Shown piece by piece: positions 58,058-64,000 of a DNA stretch of 64,000 bases; positions within the stretch are counted from its first letter, which is position 1; the number at the start of each line of letters is the position of its first letter. The stretch lies in IMG/VR virus record IMGVR_UViG_3300030099_001885, positions 1 to 64,000 of that record; one strand, written 5' to 3'. The notes under the pieces are model-generated. The model was not told where the DNA came from, made no database searches, and saw nothing but the letters and a program-made list of their open reading frames with translations. The position numbers and the translations under genes were made by a program. The DNA is from an uncultured virus (IMG/VR IMGVR_UViG_3300030099_001885). Its lineage: Duplodnaviria; Heunggongvirae; Uroviricota; Caudoviricetes.

Positions 58058-59290
58058 ATGGCTAGTAGAGTACAAAAGCGTAGAGGAAGTAAAGCAGATC
58101 ATAGTGCTTTTACAACAGGTGCAGCAGGTGAAATTACGGTAGAAATGCCAGCTAACAGAAACTTTACTGCAACTGATGGTACAAGAGAGTTTGGTGCTAT
58201 TCATTTGCATTATGGAGATGGTCAAATTGGTGACAGATTACCTGTAGGTGAAGAGCTTAATAACCAAGTTAGAACCGTAGTAGATGAACAAAAATTCTTA
58301 GCTCGTATTACTCACTTTAAACCTTTAAATGCTGACTACAGTACAACAACTCCTAATGCCTTGCCTAACCGATTCCTGTACGCTTGGGAAGAAGTATCTT
58401 TAGGCAGCACCTTTTATGACGTAGCTCAGATCTGGACTCTTACAATCGCTACGAATGCAGCAGGTTCTGCAGGAGATCATACTATTAAAATCCCTAATAG
58501 TTCTGGTGCATTCCAAACTGTTACTACAGCAGATATTGCTAATAACGAAACTCCAGAAAACGCCGCAATTAAAATCTTTGACGATCTTCATGATTTAGAT
58601 GATAGTGCTGATGGTGGTTCATTAAAACTTTGTGTTAGTGAAGCTTCAGAAAGCGGAGTATATCGCATTGAGAGATCTGGTGCTGTGCTTACATTTACTG
58701 CACTCGGTGATTATAAAGGCCATAGACCTACTCCTCAGTTTAGTACGACCGATGGTAGTCAAACAGGAACAGTGGCAATTACAACTGAAGGACAGTCTAA
58801 TGTGCCGCAGGTTAATATTGCAAATGCTGACTTAGCAAGAGAGTCAGATACAGCCACGGGTGGTACTCACCTTGATGCTGCTCTTAATATTCATGAATTA
58901 ATGAATGATAAAGATTTTGTGTTCCCCGGTATTCGTACTACTCCGGGTCAAGACGCAGATGGAGACTGGCCTACAAATGCTAGAGTTATTCCTATTGGGG
59001 GTGTAGCATCTTATGTTTCTGGTTCTGGTAATAACCAAGCAGAAACTGAATCAGAAAGTGGTACAGCTTATGAGTCAACTAGTTCTGAAACTTCTAATAC
59101 AAACTTAGGATTTACATCTAATTCTGAGGGTTGGCGATTAGTAGATGAACAAGTTGTTGTTGAAATGACTGAACGTAGAAAACTTGTAGTGGGAACTGCT
59201 ACAGATACTACAGCAGGTCGTACTGGAACAGACGGCATTAGTCGTTTGTATTACTTCTGTGCAACTAATGCTCTTGTAGGACCGTGTTGA
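58058..59290 (+). CDS. Tail fibre/adaptor-like protein
   Basis: N-terminal VQKRRGS......TGAAGEITV resembles the Mtd/hyaluronidase-type fibre N-terminal motif. Confidence 0.55.
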   Translation: MASRVQKRRGSKADHSAFTTGAAGEITVEMPANRNFTATDGTREFGAIHLHYGDGQIGDRLPVGEELNNQVRTVVDEQKFLARITHFKPLNADYSTTTPNALPNRFLYAWEEVSLGSTFYDVAQIWTLTIATNAAGSAGDHTIKIPNSSGAFQTVTTADIANNETPENAAIKIFDDLHDLDDSADGGSLKLCVSEASESGVYRIERSGAVLTFTALGDYKGHRPTPQFSTTDGSQTGTVAITTEGQSNVPQVNIANADLARESDTATGGTHLDAALNIHELMNDKDFVFPGIRTTPGQDADGDWPTNARVIPIGGVASYVSGSGNNQAETESESGTAYESTSSETSNTNLGFTSNSEGWRLVDEQVVVEMTERRKLVVGTATDTTAGRTGTDGISRLYYFCATNALVGPC

Positions 59291-59291
59291 T

Positions 59292-62146
59292 ATGCCGTCT
59301 TCTGATATTACTAAACGATGTTGTCCAGAGTTTTTTAAATGCACTCGATGTGACACTAGTTGTTTTGCTGCAGAGATTGCCTACATTTCTACAACAGTAT
59401 TTGAAGGCGTNNNNNNNNNNTTAAGTCACAGTTTGATGACTGCGATCCAGCAGGAACTAGTGGCGATAAACTAGGCTGGCTTGTTGATAGAAGCACTAGT
59501 ACTAACTCGCCACCAAAAGATGCTTTAATTCTTACTGGAGTATCAGGTAGTGACTTATATGATGCAGTAGGTAGTCCCGGTGCAGGCGGTGATCCTTGTG
59601 ATAATATTCTAGATGAGTCTGTTGCTCAGGATAATGAGCTGTGGGTTGTGGTATGTCTTTGTAATAAGAATGATTATTTCCAAATACTAGGCGGCGGTAC
59701 AAGTGCATCTAAAGTAGATACGGCTAATAATTTAAAGGCGTTAAAAAATAAATACAACTGTACCGGCGATAGCCATACAACTACTTGTGCAAGACAACAA
59801 TACTATGCCTTTAATGTTATCGGTGCCACTATTGATGGATCAACTAATAATGCAACTAATCCTTTAGATATTGGCGATTATATTACATTGTCTGGTTCTT
59901 TAGTTGATGTTAGTGGTAATGCTGCTGCAGTTTATGGAACTCCAAGCAGCTCTACTGCTGATGATACTCAGGCTGGATTAGTTGGCAATGGCTCAGGTGG
60001 TGTAAAAAGTGCTTCATTACCAGAAGATATTTTTAGAGTTATAGATAGAACAAAACAAATTAAACCAGACTGTGCAACAGTTTCAGATAACTTTGTTGCA
60101 AGATTAAAGTATCCTTATAAAATTGATGCTTATGTTAATAGTCCTGTAGTTAAAACCCATGCAACAGGTGGAACATCAGCTGGTAGTGCTTATGCGTATT
60201 TAGAAAACTGTCAAGATTGTTTGCAAGCATACTTTGGTTTTATGTTAGGAGACTCTAGTAGAACTACTAAAGGTCTTGATGACATTATTGATATTACAGA
60301 TACTACCTTTAGTGATACTCTTAGTGATTGTCCTTCAACTTGGCCATGTAGTGTACAAATTGCAAGAACATATTCTATTGACTGTACCATAGCAGATAAT
60401 TTTTCAGATGGAAATAATTTTGCTAGACCCATAACACCTTCTAATCCATCAGAAGCTCCAGATTTATTACCGTCAATTGATGGTGCTGCAATTTGTAATG
60501 ATGGTCCAGATAGCCCCGGTCTTGGGAGAAGTATAGGATTAGATTATGAACAAGCTCCGGGCAGAAATAGTTTAGAAGGTCATAATTTATCAGAGAATAT
60601 TATTGGAGCTGATAGAAGTATTAAAGATACAAGTGGAAACAATGTTAATAATTTTAAACCTCAGACAATTACTATTACTGCAGAGTATAAAAGAAATATA
60701 GTTATTGATCAAACTCCTCTTGTATCTACTCCATGTCCTGATGGAAGAAGAATTAATTCTACTATTGATTTTGACTATACTTTAAATAGCGTATCTGTTA
60801 GTACGGATGTTACGTCAAATAAGGGTACTATTGTAGCGTCTATTTTATCAAGCTCAGATAATGCATTAAGTGCAGGTATTGCTAATCCTCCATTAATTCC
60901 TTGTGTTACTAACGTACAGGGAAATAGATGTGGAAGTACTCCTCCGGGTGGTTTTGATTTTGAAACAAATGAAAGATTTAAATATCGAACAGATATTAAT
61001 ATTTTAGATGCACCTCCAATTGGTTACAATAGTGCAACAAATACATATAAAGGTAGGTTGTATATTCAGCGACCAGATACAGGTGAAATTACTCCTTTCT
61101 ATAAATATATTGGATATTACGGAAATCATTTAGCAGATGTTCCGGGTGTTAGAGCAGATGGAACAACCGCAGCAGATGGTTTTCCAGATAATTATATTTT
61201 ACCTCAAAATGATGAAGCTAGATTTACAAGGATAGAAAGAAATATTTTTCAAAGAGATGCATCTTTAATAGGCAAAGCGGTTGATGAGGTTATTCCTTTT
61301 GCTCCGTATATTGAACTAGCTGCTGGTTTTAATGTTAATGGATTTAATCATATTAAACAAAAAACTAGAGACGGAGAAATAAACGATACAACAGCAGGTC
61401 GTAGTGATTTGCAGACTGTTACTGTGGATGCGGAAGCATTTAAAGTATATCCCGGTAATTCTAATACATCTAAAATTACATTTGGTGCTGCAGGTACAGA
61501 TGGATTTAGTTTAACAGGCTTGCCTTTTTATTTTGACTCTTATTGTACATCTTTAGGTAGTATGCAAGCCTGTACACTTCAAAAAGCTTTATCTGTGTAC
61601 TCTGATTTAGTTGGTAATGATAATGATGTTAACAGGAGATTTTTCAGTAGAGGCAATCAAAACTTTATTGAAGATCTAGAAGATCAAGATACATGTGAAG
61701 ATGCGCAACACGTTAGTCCATTTAGAGATGATGGTAGCGGCGATCTAGATCTTTCAGAAGTATGCGGAGTTTTACCGATATTCTGTCAAGATATTTATAG
61801 GTTTAGCACTGATGCACATATGATTACTGCTAGTTATAATAATGAATTAACTAGAATGAATGGATCTCGTACAGGAGCTGATGGAGCCGATGATGATGAT
61901 ACTATAGATGGTACAAATATTTTACGATATGTAGGCAACGGTGTTAATTTTAGAAATAGTGGACTTAGCGGTAATGCTGAGGAAGCTGTGGGTATTGATA
62001 GTGAATGGACATCAGTATTTATCACGGCACAAGATCCATGGTGTCGTAGCTGTGAGGGTTGTATTAGTAAAGTAACTCCATTCACTGAGGGCAGTCCAGA
62101 TAATTATCTTAATCTGGGTATTCTTGATCGACAAGTAGCAACATAA
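59292..62146 (+). CDS. Large Cys-rich putative receptor-binding/tail protein, split by an N-gap
   Basis: Starts MPSSDITKRCCP. The frame of 59648..62146 is open back to the gap at 59411-59420. Confidence 0.55.
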
Positions 62147-62155
62147 GGAGAATAT

Positions 62156-62449
62156 ATGTCCAAGGCAATTCAAACACTAAGTTTTTTAGATGACGATCAA
62201 ACTGTAAAAAGTTTAAAAATTGTAGTTAACGATGACTATTCTGTTGCAGTAGATTGGATTAACGATAAAGGTCATATTGTAGAGTCACCAAAAAAAGAAA
62301 CACTAGGTGATAAGGCTGAACGGTTAATAGATGGATTAACCGGCGGCATGTTAAAGAAGTGTGGCGGCTGTGCTCGTCGCAAAGCAATGTTAGATAAGTT
62401 AGGAGCTTTAAATGAACAAGTTACAGATACTACAAGAAATGTTGATTGA
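62156..62449 (+). CDS. Hypothetical protein with a CGGC motif
   Basis: AAGGAG RBS; LGD...GGMLKKCGGCARRK. Confidence 0.65.
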   Translation: MSKAIQTLSFLDDDQTVKSLKIVVNDDYSVAVDWINDKGHIVESPKKETLGDKAERLIDGLTGGMLKKCGGCARRKAMLDKLGALNEQVTDTTRNVD

Positions 62450-62624
62450 TGCGTTGATTGAAGATCTTAACGATCCAACTATTAGAGGCCCGGGTTTGTA
62501 TGGAGTAGTCCGTGGTGTCATTAATGACCACAAAGAGGATGTAAATATTCTTCCGCAAAATACTATTAAAGAGATCGAAGATGCTATGTCCTCGGCTGCT
62601 CCGTTTAAGATAGAGGCAGTCTAA
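62412..62624 (+). CDS. Putative terminase small subunit (gp18-like)
   Basis: Small helical protein upstream of the large terminase, ending ...PF; positional call. Confidence 0.5.
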   Translation: MNKLQILQEMLIDALIEDLNDPTIRGPGLYGVVRGVINDHKEDVNILPQNTIKEIEDAMSSAAPFKIEAV

Positions 62625-62788
62625 TGAATGAGTTAGTATTTATTGAGCTAGTTATTGGTGGCGGCATTATTAACTTTCTATGGCAGATTCAAAAAGAACT
62701 TGGCAAGATAAATGCTAACTTAACTAACTTACATCATATTGTAGAGGATCATGAGAATAGATTGAGGGCGATTGAAGGAGAGCACTAA
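62624..62788 (+). CDS. Small membrane/coiled-coil protein, not in the ORF track
   Basis: MNELVFIELVIGGGIINFLW...DHENRLRAIE; TAATG-coupled on both sides. Confidence 0.6.
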   Translation: MNELVFIELVIGGGIINFLWQIQKELGKINANLTNLHHIVEDHENRLRAIEGEH

Positions 62789-64000
62789 TGGAAATACCAT
62801 CAGAAATGAAGGATGATTTTAGAAATCACCTTTGGGCGTGCTTTAAATACTTAGGTCTGGGTGAGCCAACACCTGTACAATATGCCATGGCAGATGCTCT
62901 TCAGAATGGTCCAAACGATATGCAACTACAAGCTGGACGGGGTTTTGGTAAATCTGTTATTACTGCCTGTCTAGCTTCTTGGTTTCTTGTAAGAGATCAA
63001 AACTCAACTATTATGGTTGTGTCTGCTACTGGCAATAAAGCGGTAGAGTTTATCAGTATGACTCGTAGAATTTTAGATCTTGTTCCTTACTGTGAACATC
63101 TTAGACCGGGGGATCATACAACGGATAATGCTTTTGGTTTTAACGTAGAGTCTAGGACTCGTATTGGGCAAGATAAGTCCTGTTATGCTAAAGGTATTAC
63201 TGCTCAGATCACAGGGTCGCACGCAGAGTATCTTATCTTTGACGATGTTGAGATTGAAGGTAACTGTGAGACTGCTGTTACTCGGCAAAAACTATTAAAC
63301 AAATGTCTGGAAGCAGAACAAATTCGGAACGTGGGTGGGCGTGTTATCTTTCTAGGTACTCCTCAGATTAAAGATAGTATCTACAACCAATTAAAAACAG
63401 GCTACCCAGTAGTAAAGTTCCCTGCTGTTATGCCAGATAAGAATGTAGAATCTGAGTGTGAGGATGTTTCGCCATGGATCTTTGAGCAAGGCTTTGAAGC
63501 TGGAGATCCAACGCAACCAGAAAGATTTAGTTTGGAGATTCTGATGGAGCGTCAAGCAAAGGTAGGACCCACGCTCTTCAGTCTCCACTATAAACTAGAT
63601 ACTAGTCTAGCCGATAAAGATAAGTATCCTCTTAAGTTACAAGATCTTATTGTTTTGGATCTAAGTCCAGAGCTAGCCCCTGAAAAAATTATCTGGGCTA
63701 CATCTACTCCTAATAGAAAGATACCATCTTTTGGTATGTCAGGAGATTGTATCTATGACCCTATGTGGATATCAAATGAGTTTACAGAATATCAAGATAG
63801 GATTATGTTTATTGACCCTTCTGGTAGAGGTAAAGATGAAACGGGAGTATGTATTGCTAGTTTTAGTAATGGTTATATTTTTGTGCATGAATTATTGGGC
63901 TTAGAAGGAGGCTATGATCAAACTGTTCTTCGTAAAATTACTAAGCTAGCCTATGAATATGAGGTTAATCATATCAGAATTGAATCCAATTATGGCGATG
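62788..64000 (+). CDS. terL: Terminase large subunit (T7 gp19-like), runs off the window end
   Basis: MEIPSEMKDDFRNHLW...PTPVQ, QAGRGFGKS, ITGSHA, IFDDVE, LGTPQ and FIDPSGRGKDETG. Confidence 0.95.
   Translation, partial: MEIPSEMKDDFRNHLWACFKYLGLGEPTPVQYAMADALQNGPNDMQLQAGRGFGKSVITACLASWFLVRDQNSTIMVVSATGNKAVEFISMTRRILDLVPYCEHLRPGDHTTDNAFGFNVESRTRIGQDKSCYAKGITAQITGSHAEYLIFDDVEIEGNCETAVTRQKLLNKCLEAEQIRNVGGRVIFLGTPQIKDSIYNQLKTGYPVVKFPAVMPDKNVESECEDVSPWIFEQGFEAGDPTQPERFSLEILMERQAKVGPTLFSLHYKLDTSLADKDKYPLKLQDLIVLDLSPELAPEKIIWATSTPNRKIPSFGMSGDCIYDPMWISNEFTEYQDRIMFIDPSGRGKDETGVCIASFSNGYIFVHELLGLEGGYDQTVLRKITKLAYEYEVNHIRIESNYGD

Noticed and set aside
59411..59420. Programmed frameshift or split fibre gene
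   Set aside because: The break coincides with a 10-N scaffold gap, and the downstream frame is open up to the gap.

Overview
The window is a circularly permuted stretch of a large T7-like (Autographiviridae-type) podophage genome. All credible genes are on the + strand, and there are two 10-N scaffold gaps at 41129-41138 and 59411-59420. Gene order: internal virion proteins (1-19.7 kb, including a 5139-aa giant), a holin-like gene, and a probable genome end near 20.2 kb. A GC-richer, hairpin-dense early region follows (20.3-29 kb), then T7-type replication genes (RNAP, SSB, RusA, two tRNAs, primase-helicase, PolA, dNMP kinase, exonuclease). Next come the portal, an accessory island of basic micro-proteins and surface-type proteins, scaffold, capsid, tail tubes A/B, fibre-like genes and terminase. 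The main observation is that the genome appears to encode three T7-family single-subunit RNA polymerases. One is an RNAP-like domain inside the giant virion protein (motifs A and B, plus a separate zincin HExxH domain). The second is a compact 590-aa early RNAP lacking the N-terminal domain, and the third is a canonical 812-aa RNAP. This suggests an N4-like staged transcription cascade on a T7 chassis. Secondary signals: PEP-CTERM and dockerin-like C-termini suggesting a Planctomycetota (Phycisphaerales) host, apparent CCWGG avoidance, tRNAs matching the late-gene TTA/AGA bias, structured non-coding blocks in the early region, and a stand-alone NrdJ-type C-terminal Zn-ribbon peptide. All assignments come from motif recognition by eye; no database searches were run.
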